Shown piece by piece: positions 8,820 to 17,173 of a stretch of DNA of 51,163 bases. Under the pieces are notes generated by a model, which saw only the letters and a program-made list of their open reading frames with translations, did not search any database and was not told where the DNA came from. The stretch is from Thermoleophilia bacterium (GTDB taxonomy: Bacteria > Actinomycetota > Thermoleophilia > Gaiellales > Gaiellaceae), in contig JAICGP010000001.1 in NCBI GenBank assembly GCA_025923055.1, positions 1-51,163 of the forward strand. Reading direction: 5' to 3'. Both the position numbers and the translations under genes were made by a program. Every line of letters begins with the position of its first letter. Position 1 is the first letter of the stretch.

Positions 8820-9851
8820 GTGCAGACGCTCCGGCGCACGCCACTCTTCGAGCACCACGCCGCTCTCGGCGCACGCCTCGTTCCCTTCGCCGGCTGGGAG
8901 ATGCCCGTGCAGTACGCCGGAATCGGCGCGGAGCATGCCGCCGTCCGCACCTCCGCCGGCGTCTTCGACGTCTCGCACATGGGCCAGCTGCGCATCGCCG
9001 GCGAGGGCGCGCGCGACTACCTGCAGGCCCGCGTCTCGAACGACCTCGAGCGCATCGGAGACGGCGGGGCGCAGTACACGCTCCTGACGAACGACGAGGG
9101 CGGCATCGTCGACGACCTGATCGCCTACCGGCGGAGCGCCGACGACTATCTGCTCGTGGTCAACGCCGCCAACGTCGGGGGCGACCACGCCGCCTTGCCG
9201 GAGACCGACGACGTCTCGGACGAGTGGGCGCTGCTCGCCGTCCAGGGGCCGGAGGCGCTCCAGCGGCTCGGGATCGCGGTCGAGCCGTTCACCTTCCGCG
9301 AGGACGTCGACGTGCTCGGCGTCCGCTGCCTCGTCGCCGGGACGGGCTACACGGGGGAGCGCGGCTGCGAGCTCGGCTGCGCGCCCGACGACGCGCCGCG
9401 GCTGTGGGAGGCCGTGCTCGAGCGGGGGATCGTCCCCTGCGGACTCGGGGCGCGCGACACCCTTCGCCTTGAGGTGTGCTACCCGCTGCACGGCAACGAC
9501 ATCTCGCCCGAGCGCACGCCGATCGAGGCGGGCCTCGGCTGGGCCTGCGCGCTGGCGAAGGACTTCACCGGCGTCGAGCGCCTCCGCCGCCTGAAGCAGG
9601 AGGGTCCGGCCGAGAAGCTCGTCGCCTTCGTCATGGAGGACGCAGGCATCCCGCGAACCGGCATGCCGATCGAGGGCGGAGGCATCGTCACGTCGGGCAC
9701 GCGGTCGCCGACGCTCGGCGTCGCCCTCGGGCTCGCGTACGTCCCGGCGGAGCGCGCGGAGCCCGGCACCCCGGTCACCGTCGATCTCCGCGGCAGGCCC
9801 CGCCGGGCGCGTATCGTCCCGAAGCCGTTCTACAAGCGAGAGGAGAGCTAG
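8820..9851 (+). CDS. gcvT: glycine cleavage system aminomethyltransferase (T protein)
   Basis: RTPLFEHHAALGARLVPFAGWEMPVQY...VFDVSHMG is a typical GcvT N-terminus. 343 aa, followed by gcvH/PA/PB. Confidence 0.93.
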   Translation: MQTLRRTPLFEHHAALGARLVPFAGWEMPVQYAGIGAEHAAVRTSAGVFDVSHMGQLRIAGEGARDYLQARVSNDLERIGDGGAQYTLLTNDEGGIVDDLIAYRRSADDYLLVVNAANVGGDHAALPETDDVSDEWALLAVQGPEALQRLGIAVEPFTFREDVDVLGVRCLVAGTGYTGERGCELGCAPDDAPRLWEAVLERGIVPCGLGARDTLRLEVCYPLHGNDISPERTPIEAGLGWACALAKDFTGVERLRRLKQEGPAEKLVAFVMEDAGIPRTGMPIEGGGIVTSGTRSPTLGVALGLAYVPAERAEPGTPVTVDLRGRPRRARIVPKPFYKREES

Positions 9852-10014
9852 TGCCCCGTCCGGTGATATTCAGGGCGTTTCCGGCGGCGCCAGGAACCGC
9901 CATGCTGCGTCCTCACTCGCGCCAGGACGCCCGCGTATTGACGCTCCCCGCGTCCTTGCCCGGCGGTGCTGCGCATTCGTTGGAGACGCGAGACCATCAC
10001 TCGAAGGAGCACTA

Positions 10015-10410
10015 GTGGCCGCGGACGAGAGCTATCCCGACGACCTCCGCTACCACGCCGGGCACGACTGGGCGCGCGTCGAGGACGACGTCGCGACGGT
10101 CGGGATCACGTGGTACGCGCAGGACGCGCTCGGCGAGATCGTGCACTACGAGCCGCCGGAGGAGGGCGCCTCGCTCGCGAAGGACGAGAGCTACGGCGAG
10201 GTCGAGTCGGTCAAGGCGGTCTCCGAGGTGATCGCGCCGCTCTCCGGGGAAGTGCTCGCGGTGAACGCGAAGGTCGTCGCCGAGCCGGAGACCGTCAACG
10301 AGGATCCCTACGGCGACGGCTGGCTCGTGCGCATCCGGCTCTCGGATCCCGCCGAGGTGGACGCGCTGCTCGACGTGGATGCCTACCGCAAGCTGCTCGA
10401 GGAGCAGTGA
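10015..10410 (+). CDS. gcvH: glycine cleavage system H protein (lipoyl carrier)
   Basis: 131 aa with the lipoyl-lysine motif VESVKAVSE. SD GGAG lies 5 nt upstream of GTG. Confidence 0.95.
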   Translation: MAADESYPDDLRYHAGHDWARVEDDVATVGITWYAQDALGEIVHYEPPEEGASLAKDESYGEVESVKAVSEVIAPLSGEVLAVNAKVVAEPETVNEDPYGDGWLVRIRLSDPAEVDALLDVDAYRKLLEEQ

Positions 10411-11738
10411 GCTTCCTCTCACTCACCCCCGACGACCGGCAGGCGATGCTGGAGGCGGTCGGCGTCGGCTCCGTCGAGGAGCTCTTCCGCGATGTTCCCG
10501 AGGCCGTTCGCCTGGGGCGCGAGCTCGCTCTCGAGCCGGCGCTCTCCGAGCCCGAGATCGTCGCCCACCTGAGCGAGCTGGCCGCGCGCAACGCGGACAC
10601 GACGAGGGAGCTCTCCTTCCTCGGCGCAGGGATCTACGACCACTACGTCCCCGCCGTGGTCGACGCCGTCCTCGCTCGGGGCGAGTTCCTGACCGCCTAC
10701 ACGCCGTACCAGCCCGAGATGAGCCAGGGCGTCCTGCAGGCGATCTTCGAGTACCAGACGGCGATCTGCGAGCTCACGGGCATGGATGTCTCGAACGCCT
10801 CCGGGTACGACGGGACCACGGTCGCCGCCGACGCCTGCTTCGTCGCCAGGCACGCCACCGGCCGGAGCAAGGTCGTCCTCTGCGAGACGCTCAACCCGCA
10901 GGTCCGCCAGGTGGTGAAGACGTACGCGCCCGGCTTCGGGCTCGAGATCGTCGAGATCCCGCACCGCGACGGCGTCGCCGACGTGGACGAGCTCCGATCG
11001 GCCTGCACGGACGCGGCGTGCGCGATCTTCCAGCAACCGAACTTCTTCGGCTGCCTCGAGCCGGCGCCGGACCTCGCCGCGGCCGCGAACGAGGCCGGCG
11101 CGTTGGCCGTCGCGCACGTCGATCCGGTTTCGCTCGGCGTCCTCGAGGCGCCCGGGGCCTACGGCTGCGCCCTCGCCATCGGGGAGGGGCAGGGCGCCGG
11201 GAACTACCAGTCCTACGGCGGCCCCCACTACGGGTTCATCGCCGCCCGCTCGGAGCTGATCCGCCGCATGCCCGGGCGCATCGTCGGCGAGACGACCGAC
11301 CTCGCCGGCGAGCGCGGCTATGTCCTCACACTGCAGACGCGCGAGCAGCACATCAGGCGCGAAAAGGCGACGTCGAACATCACGACGAACCAGACGCTCC
11401 TGGCGCTCGCGGGGCTCGTCCACCTCTCGTGGCTGGGCCCGCAGGGGCTGCGCGAGCTGGGGGAGACCTGCATGTCCCTCGGCGAGTACGCGAAGGAGCG
11501 GATCGACCTTCCGCTGGTGTTTCCCGAGACGGCAACATTCAAGGAGTTTGCCGTCCGAGTCGGACGGAACGCTCAGGAGGTCGTGCGTGCGGCGCGAGAG
11601 CGGGGCGTCCATCCCGGCTACGCGCTCGGGCGGGACTACCCCGGTCTCGACGACGCCGTGCTCGTCGCCGTCACGGAGAAGCGCACCCCGGCCGACATCG
11701 ACCGGCTCGCCGCGGTCCTCGGCGAGGTCGCCGCATGA
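10407..11738 (+). CDS. gcvPA: glycine dehydrogenase (decarboxylating) subunit 1
   Basis: GTG 10407 overlaps the gcvH stop (GTGA). FLGAGIYDHYVPAVVD and TPYQPEMSQGVLQAIFEYQT are typical of P-protein subunit 1. The upstream part of the 590-aa track ORF is a non-coding-frame read-through. Confidence 0.92.
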   Translation: MSFLSLTPDDRQAMLEAVGVGSVEELFRDVPEAVRLGRELALEPALSEPEIVAHLSELAARNADTTRELSFLGAGIYDHYVPAVVDAVLARGEFLTAYTPYQPEMSQGVLQAIFEYQTAICELTGMDVSNASGYDGTTVAADACFVARHATGRSKVVLCETLNPQVRQVVKTYAPGFGLEIVEIPHRDGVADVDELRSACTDAACAIFQQPNFFGCLEPAPDLAAAANEAGALAVAHVDPVSLGVLEAPGAYGCALAIGEGQGAGNYQSYGGPHYGFIAARSELIRRMPGRIVGETTDLAGERGYVLTLQTREQHIRREKATSNITTNQTLLALAGLVHLSWLGPQGLRELGETCMSLGEYAKERIDLPLVFPETATFKEFAVRVGRNAQEVVRAARERGVHPGYALGRDYPGLDDAVLVAVTEKRTPADIDRLAAVLGEVAA

Positions 11739-13234
11739 AGCTCGTCTTCGAGCGTTCCCGGCCCGGCCGCCGCGCGGGCTCGCTGCCGCGCTACGGCCTG
11801 CCGAAGGCCGACGTCCCCGCCGAGCTGCGCCGGCGCACGCCGCCGCGCCTCCCCGAGATCTCCGAGCCGGAGCTCGTGCGCCACTTCACCGCCCTCGCCG
11901 ACCGCACCTTCGGTGTCGACACGGGCTTCTACCCGCTCGGCTCCTGCACCATGAAGCACAACCCGCGGGTCAACGAGCGCGTCGTGAGCCTGCCCGGCTT
12001 TCGCGACCTGCATCCGCTCCAGGACGAGGAGGGCGCACAGGGGGCGCTCGAGCTCATGTGGCGCCTGCAGGAGATCCTCGCCGAGGTCTGCGGGCTCGAC
12101 GCGGTCTCGCTCCAGCCGGCGGCCGGCTCCCAGGGGGAGCTGACGGGCCTCATGCTCATGCGCGCCTACTTCGCCGACCGCGGCGAGGCGGAGCAGCGGC
12201 GGGTGGTCATCACCGCCGACACTGCGCACGGGACGAACCCGGCGAGCGTCGCCATGTCCGGCTACGAGCTCCGCAAGGTCGAGACGGACGACCGCGGCAA
12301 CCTCGATCTCGACGATCTGCGGGCGAAGGTGGACGAGCGCACGGCCGGCCTCATGCTCACGAACCCGTCGACGCTCGGCCTCTTCGACGAGCACATCGAG
12401 GAGGTCGCGGCGATCTTTCACGACGCGGGCGCGCTCCTCTACTACGACGGCGCCAACCTCAACGCCGTCTGCGGGATCTCGCGGCCGGGCGACATGGGCT
12501 TCGACATCGTCCACGTCAACCTCCACAAGACGTTCTCGCAGCCGCACGGCGGCGGCGGCCCCGGCGGCGGCCCGGTCGTCGTCCGCGAGCCGCTCGAGCC
12601 GTTCCTGCCGGTGCCGGCGGTGGTCCGCGACGGCGACGCGTTCGGCCTCGACTACGACCGGCCGAAGAGCATCGGCAAGGTGCGCGGCTTCACCGGCCCG
12701 TTCGGCGTCTTCGTCCGCTCGTACGCCTACATCCGCTCGTACGGGCCGGGCCTGCGGGAGATGTCGGAGGTCGCGGTCCTGAACGCGAACTACCTGCTCG
12801 CGAAGCTGCGCGACGTGTACGACCTCCCCTTCGATCGCCTCTGCATGCACGAATTCGTGCTCTCCGCGCGCAACCTGAAGCGGGAGCACGGCATCACGGC
12901 GCTCGACGTCGCCAAGCGGCTGATGGACCACGGCTTCCACCCGCCCACGATCTACTTCCCGCTCATCGTGCCGGAGGCGCTGATGATCGAGCCTACCGAG
13001 ACGGAGCCGAAGGAGACGCTCGACGCGTTCGCCGCGGCGTTGCGCGCGATTGCGAAGGAGGCCGCCCGCGATCCCCAGGTCGTCAAGGGTGCGCCCCACC
13101 ACCGGCCGGTTCGCCGGCTCGACGAGGTCAAGGCCGCGAAGCGCGCCGTCGTGAAGTACGGCTTCGACGAGCATCCCGACCTCTCGCGGACGCCGTCGGA
13201 GGGCGAGGCGCTCGAGGCGCAGAAAGGCGCGTGA
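11735..13234 (+). CDS. gcvPB: glycine dehydrogenase (decarboxylating) subunit 2
   Basis: ATG 11735 overlaps the gcvPA stop (ATGA). Contains YPLGSCTMKHNP and the PLP-lysine region NLHKTFSQPHGGGGPG. Confidence 0.93.
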   Translation: MKLVFERSRPGRRAGSLPRYGLPKADVPAELRRRTPPRLPEISEPELVRHFTALADRTFGVDTGFYPLGSCTMKHNPRVNERVVSLPGFRDLHPLQDEEGAQGALELMWRLQEILAEVCGLDAVSLQPAAGSQGELTGLMLMRAYFADRGEAEQRRVVITADTAHGTNPASVAMSGYELRKVETDDRGNLDLDDLRAKVDERTAGLMLTNPSTLGLFDEHIEEVAAIFHDAGALLYYDGANLNAVCGISRPGDMGFDIVHVNLHKTFSQPHGGGGPGGGPVVVREPLEPFLPVPAVVRDGDAFGLDYDRPKSIGKVRGFTGPFGVFVRSYAYIRSYGPGLREMSEVAVLNANYLLAKLRDVYDLPFDRLCMHEFVLSARNLKREHGITALDVAKRLMDHGFHPPTIYFPLIVPEALMIEPTETEPKETLDAFAAALRAIAKEAARDPQVVKGAPHHRPVRRLDEVKAAKRAVVKYGFDEHPDLSRTPSEGEALEAQKGA

Positions 13235-14148
13235 CGGCGGCCGAAAGGGACATCGGCACCCGCGTCGACGCACTCGCGCGCGAGCATCGGGGCGAGGAGT
13301 TCGCGGAAGCGGTGCGGCGACTCGCCGAGGAGCTCGGCCCAGAGGGCCGGCCGGCGCTCCAGCAGGCCCTCCTCGAGCGGGCGGCCGACGAGCAGAGCTT
13401 CCAGCGGGCGGTGCGGCGCCGCTTCGCCGAGAAGGGCTGGATGCGCCGCACCTTCGCGCGGCTCGAGCGCGCCTGGGGCGCGGACCGGGCCGAGGACGTC
13501 GTCGCCGCGCTCGAGGCCGGCCGCGACGGCGAGCCGGCGCTCGCCGCCGAGCTCGAGCGGCTGCGCCGTGAGCGCGGCAAGGCGGCGCTCGTGCTGGACG
13601 AGCTCTCCAGGCACGAGAGCCCACGGGTCCGCGCCTGGGTCCCTGGCGCCGCCGCGGACGTTCTCGGCGCCGGAGGCGTGCGCCTCGTGCTCTCGCTCGC
13701 GCGCGACCGCGAGGGTGCCGTACGCGACGCCGCCCTCTCGACGCTCCTGGAGCTCGATCGCGAGGCGGCGCGCGTTCTCGTGCCCGACCAGCGCCGCCGG
13801 CTTCACTCCACCGACGAGCGCGAGCGCATCGCGGCGGTCTGGGCACTCGCCGAGCTCGGGGACGACACCGTCGTCGGCGTCCTCCGCGAGCGCGCGGAGA
13901 GCGCGCCCGACTCCGGAGAACGCGCCGCCTGCCGGGCCGCCGCCCTCGCCCTCGTCGGCGACGAGGCGGCCGTCGTGGCCGCCCTGCGGGAAGACCCGGC
14001 GAGCGATGCGGCCGCATCGGCCGCGGCGGCGCGCATCCTCGGCTCGGAGCGAACGATCGCGGCGCTGCGCGAGCGCGCCGAGTCGGCTCCGGAGGAGGCC
14101 GTCCGGGCGGCCTGCCGCGCGGAGCTCGCGAAGGCGGGACGCGGGTGA
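13231..14148 (+). CDS. HEAT/PBS-lyase-like repeat protein, function unknown
   Basis: GTG 13231 overlaps the gcvPB stop (GTGA). High GC3 in this frame. Repeated helical units (SPRVRAWVPGAAADVLG, GAVRDAALSTLLEL, ERERIAAVWALAELGD, ALRERAESAPE occurring twice). Confidence 0.65.
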   Translation: MTAAERDIGTRVDALAREHRGEEFAEAVRRLAEELGPEGRPALQQALLERAADEQSFQRAVRRRFAEKGWMRRTFARLERAWGADRAEDVVAALEAGRDGEPALAAELERLRRERGKAALVLDELSRHESPRVRAWVPGAAADVLGAGGVRLVLSLARDREGAVRDAALSTLLELDREAARVLVPDQRRRLHSTDERERIAAVWALAELGDDTVVGVLRERAESAPDSGERAACRAAALALVGDEAAVVAALREDPASDAAASAAAARILGSERTIAALRERAESAPEEAVRAACRAELAKAGRG

Positions 14149-14507
14149 TGGAGGTGCGCAACCGTGAGAACGCCGAGCCGTTCACGACGCTGGACGGCTC
14201 GACGATCCGCGTCCTTCTCGACGCGCAGCTGGGCGGCGCCGGCGAGCAGAGCCTCGCCGAGGCGACGCTGGCCCCCGGACAGTCGACCCAGCGCCACTTC
14301 CACGCGCGCTCGGAGGAGATCTACGTCGTTCTCGCCGGGCGCGGCGAGATGGAGCTGGAAGGCGAGCGCCACGTCGTCGGGCCCGGTGACGCCGTTCTCA
14401 TCCCGCCGGGATCTCGCCACCGGATCGAGGCCGCCGGGGAGAGCGAGCTCCGCTTCCTCTGCTGCTGCGCGCCGGCCTACTCCGACGAGGACACCTTCCT
14501 TGAGTGA
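14145..14507 (+). CDS. cupin-domain protein
   Basis: 120 aa. Cupin motifs QRHFHARSEEIYVVLAGRG and GDAVLIPPGSRHRI. The start (GTG 14145 or ATG 14148) overlaps the upstream stop. Confidence 0.75.
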   Translation: MMEVRNRENAEPFTTLDGSTIRVLLDAQLGGAGEQSLAEATLAPGQSTQRHFHARSEEIYVVLAGRGEMELEGERHVVGPGDAVLIPPGSRHRIEAAGESELRFLCCCAPAYSDEDTFLE

Positions 14508-15054
14508 GCTCCTCGCGGCCGTCTACGCGGGCGACGAGCAGCGTGTCGCGGCGCTCCTCGCCGCGGCCCCGGAGCTCGACGTCTTCGAGGCCGCCGCGCT
14601 GGGAAGGACGGAGAGAGTCGCCGAGCTGCTCGACGCCGAGCCCAGCCTCGTCGCGGCGTGGGCGGACGACGGGTTCACCCCGCTCCATCTCGCCGCCTTC
14701 TTCCGTCGGCCGGAGACGGCCCGCCTGCTCGTCGAGCGGGGCGCGCCGGTGGATCCGGTGGCCCGGCACGAGCAGATCCGGGTGACGCCGCTCCAGAGCG
14801 CCGTCGCGGCGGGCCAGGCCGAGACGGCCGCGCTCCTGCTCGACCACGGCGCCGACCCGAACGCCCGCCAGGAAGGCCGCTTCACGCCGCTCCACTCCGC
14901 CGCCCGGAACGGCGACGAGGCGATCGTCGACCTCCTGCTCGCGCGCGGGGCCGATCCGTCGGCCGCGGCGGACGACGGACGCGCCGCCGCCGACTTCGCC
15001 CGTGAAGGCGGGCACGGCGCGCTCGCCGAGCGCCTCGCCGCGGCAGCGGCCTGA
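14500..15054 (+). CDS. ankyrin-repeat protein
   Basis: At least three ANK units (DGFTPLHLAAFFRRPETARLLVERGAPVD; VTPLQSAVAAGQAETAALLLDHGADPN; GRFTPLHSAARNGDEAIVDLLLARGADPS). The only in-frame start near the cupin stop is TTG 14500, so the start is uncertain. Confidence 0.75.
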   Translation: MSELLAAVYAGDEQRVAALLAAAPELDVFEAAALGRTERVAELLDAEPSLVAAWADDGFTPLHLAAFFRRPETARLLVERGAPVDPVARHEQIRVTPLQSAVAAGQAETAALLLDHGADPNARQEGRFTPLHSAARNGDEAIVDLLLARGADPSAAADDGRAAADFAREGGHGALAERLAAAAA

Positions 15055-15133
15055 CGCGCCTTCCCGGGCGCTCGTGCTCCACGAGCACAAAGTCCGGCGG
15101 CGGGCGACAGCGAGGGGAATACTTCGCTGCAGC

Positions 15134-15346
15134 GTGGTCGAACGCGTCGTCCTCGTGATCTACGCGGCCGGAGCCGTAGCCCTCGGGATCTTCTACGGGT
15201 GGGAGTGGCTGCTGATCGTGCTCCTCGTCGGAGTCGTCCCGGGAGCCGCGCTCGCCTACCTCGTCGTACGAGGCGGAGAGTGGCTGAGCGACGCCGCCGG
15301 CCGTCTCTACGGCGACGACCCGGGGCGGCGCCCGCCGCGGCGTTGA
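15134..15346 (+). CDS. small two-TM membrane protein (hypothetical)
   Basis: GTG 15134. Two hydrophobic helices (VVLVIYAAGAVALGIFYGW, LLIVLLVGVVPGAALAYLVV). GC3 is good but there is no recognisable family. Confidence 0.35.
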   Translation: MVERVVLVIYAAGAVALGIFYGWEWLLIVLLVGVVPGAALAYLVVRGGEWLSDAAGRLYGDDPGRRPPRR

Positions 15347-15453
15347 CTTCGTGAGCGTGGAGCACGAGCTCGGCCGGCGCGCCGGGCGCGACCTGCCCGG
15401 CCGACGCGGCTAGACGCCCCGAACGGGTGAGGCGGCACCTCGGGCGCCGTCGC

Positions 15454-15474
15454 TAAAATACTTAACGATGTTAA
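15454..15474 (+). promoter_or_regulatory. candidate -10 box (TAAAAT) plus palindromic MarR-type operator TTAAC-GAT-GTTAA spanning the marR start codon
   Basis: TAAAAT at 15454-15459 lies 8 nt before ATG 15468. The inverted repeat TTAACgatGTTAA at 15462-15474 sits in a sharply AT-rich island in a very GC-rich genome. Confidence 0.45.
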
Positions 15475-15905
15475 CTACTTCGGACCCGGTCGCGGTCGCC
15501 AACGGCCTTCGGCCGGCCCTGCTCCACCTCAACCGCCGGCTGCGGAAGGAGCTCGCTCCGCTCGGCATCACGGGCGGCCAGGCGGCTCTTCTCTGGTCGA
15601 TCCGCTCGCATCCCGGTCTGGGCGTGCGCGAGCTCGCCGAGCTCGAGGGCGTCTCGGCGCCGGCGATGAGCGCCTACGTCGATCGCCTCCAGGGCGCCGG
15701 CCTCGTCGGCCGGCGCCGCTCGACGACCGACCGGCGCCGCGTCGAGCTCGAGGTCACCGAGGAAGGAGAGCGCGTCCTCCGCTCGGCCCGCAGCCGGCGC
15801 ACGGCCTGGCTCGCGGCGCGCCTCCGCCGGCTCGATCCCGACGAGCTCGAGCGCGTCGAGGCGGCGCTGCCCGCGTTCGAGAAGCTGCTCGAGGAGGACG
15901 CGTGA
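15468..15905 (+). CDS. MarR-family transcriptional regulator
   Basis: 145 aa. Winged-HTH region LTGGQAALLWSIRSHPGLGVRELAELEGVSAPAMSAYVDRLQGAGLVGRRRSTTDRRRVELEVTEEG. Confidence 0.9.
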   Translation: MLTTSDPVAVANGLRPALLHLNRRLRKELAPLGITGGQAALLWSIRSHPGLGVRELAELEGVSAPAMSAYVDRLQGAGLVGRRRSTTDRRRVELEVTEEGERVLRSARSRRTAWLAARLRRLDPDELERVEAALPAFEKLLEEDA

Positions 15906-17173
15906 CCGCGGCTTTCCTCCGGGCGCAGCGGCGGACCTGGTCGAGCCTGCGCCGCTACCGCAACTACCGCATCTTCTTCGCCGGGCAGGTCGTCTCGGTG
16001 ACGGGCACGTGGATGCAGAACGTCGCCGCCGCGTGGCTCGTCCTGACGCTGACGCACTCGCCGGTCGCCGTCGGCGTCCTGATGCTCTGCCAGTTCCTGC
16101 CCGCGACCGCGCTCGGGCTCGTGGGCGGCGTCGTCGTCGACCGGCTGGACGTCCGCCGTGTCGTCGTCGCGACGCAGGCGGCGTCGATGCTCTTCGCCGC
16201 GGCGCTCGCCGCCGTGACGCTGGGCGGCGTCGTCGAGCCCTGGCACGTCTACGTGCTGGCGGGGCTGCGCGGCGTGTCCCTCGTCTTCGACCACCCGGCA
16301 CGGCAGCAGCTCACGTTCCAGATGGTCGGTCGCGAGGCGCTGCCGAACGCGGTCGCGCTCAACTCCGGGCTCTTCAACGGGGCGCGCGTGCTCGGCCCCG
16401 CGCTCGGCGGTGCCGTCATCGCGGCCTCCGGCCCCGGCACGGCCTTCCTCCTGAACGCGGTCAGCTTCCTCGCCGTCCTCTGGAGCCTCTCCCTGCTTCG
16501 CCCGCAGGAGCTCCACCCGCTCGACCGCGGCGACGACCGGCCGACGATCGTCCGAGGGAGCCGGGAGGCGCTCGCCTTCCTGCGCGCCGTGCCGCTCGCC
16601 GGCATCGTGCTCGGCCTCGTGCTGCTCCTGACGACGTTCTCCTTCAACTTCAACGTGCTGCTTCCCGTGCTCGCGAAGGACACGCTCGAGGAGGGGCCGC
16701 AGGTCTTCGGCGTCATCATGGCCTGCTTCGGTGCCGGGGCGCTCCTGGGCGCCCTCGTGTCGGCCTCGATCTCGCGCGCCAGCCCCAAGCTCGTCCTCCT
16801 GGGCGCCGCCGGCTTCGGCGCCGCCGAGCTGGCTTTGGCGCCGCAGACGACGCTCGTCGGCGCCGCCCCGCTGCTCTTCGTCGCGGGACTCGCCTTCACG
16901 CTCTGGACCTCGAACGCCAACGCGACGGTCCAGCTCGCGACGCCCGACCGCCTGCGCGGACGCGTCATGGGCCTCTACTTCTTCGCCTTCAACGGCGCCG
17001 GCCCGGCGGGCGGGATGCTGGCCGGCTGGCTGGCCGCGGCCGGCGGAACCGCGCTCGCGTTCACCGTCGCGGGCTCGGCCGCGCTCGTCGTGACGGCCGT
17101 CGCCGCAACGCTCCTCGCACGTGGGCTCGCGCGACCGCGCCTCCCCTCCCGCACAGGTACGGTGAGCGCGTGA
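15902..17173 (+). CDS. MFS transporter (EntS/MFS_3-like efflux pump)
   Basis: 423 aa, about 12 TM. N-terminus RNYRIFFAGQVVSVTGTWMQNVAAAWLVL is typical of this MFS subgroup. GTGA overlap with marR. Confidence 0.9.
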   Translation: MTAAFLRAQRRTWSSLRRYRNYRIFFAGQVVSVTGTWMQNVAAAWLVLTLTHSPVAVGVLMLCQFLPATALGLVGGVVVDRLDVRRVVVATQAASMLFAAALAAVTLGGVVEPWHVYVLAGLRGVSLVFDHPARQQLTFQMVGREALPNAVALNSGLFNGARVLGPALGGAVIAASGPGTAFLLNAVSFLAVLWSLSLLRPQELHPLDRGDDRPTIVRGSREALAFLRAVPLAGIVLGLVLLLTTFSFNFNVLLPVLAKDTLEEGPQVFGVIMACFGAGALLGALVSASISRASPKLVLLGAAGFGAAELALAPQTTLVGAAPLLFVAGLAFTLWTSNANATVQLATPDRLRGRVMGLYFFAFNGAGPAGGMLAGWLAAAGGTALAFTVAGSAALVVTAVAATLLARGLARPRLPSRTGTVSA

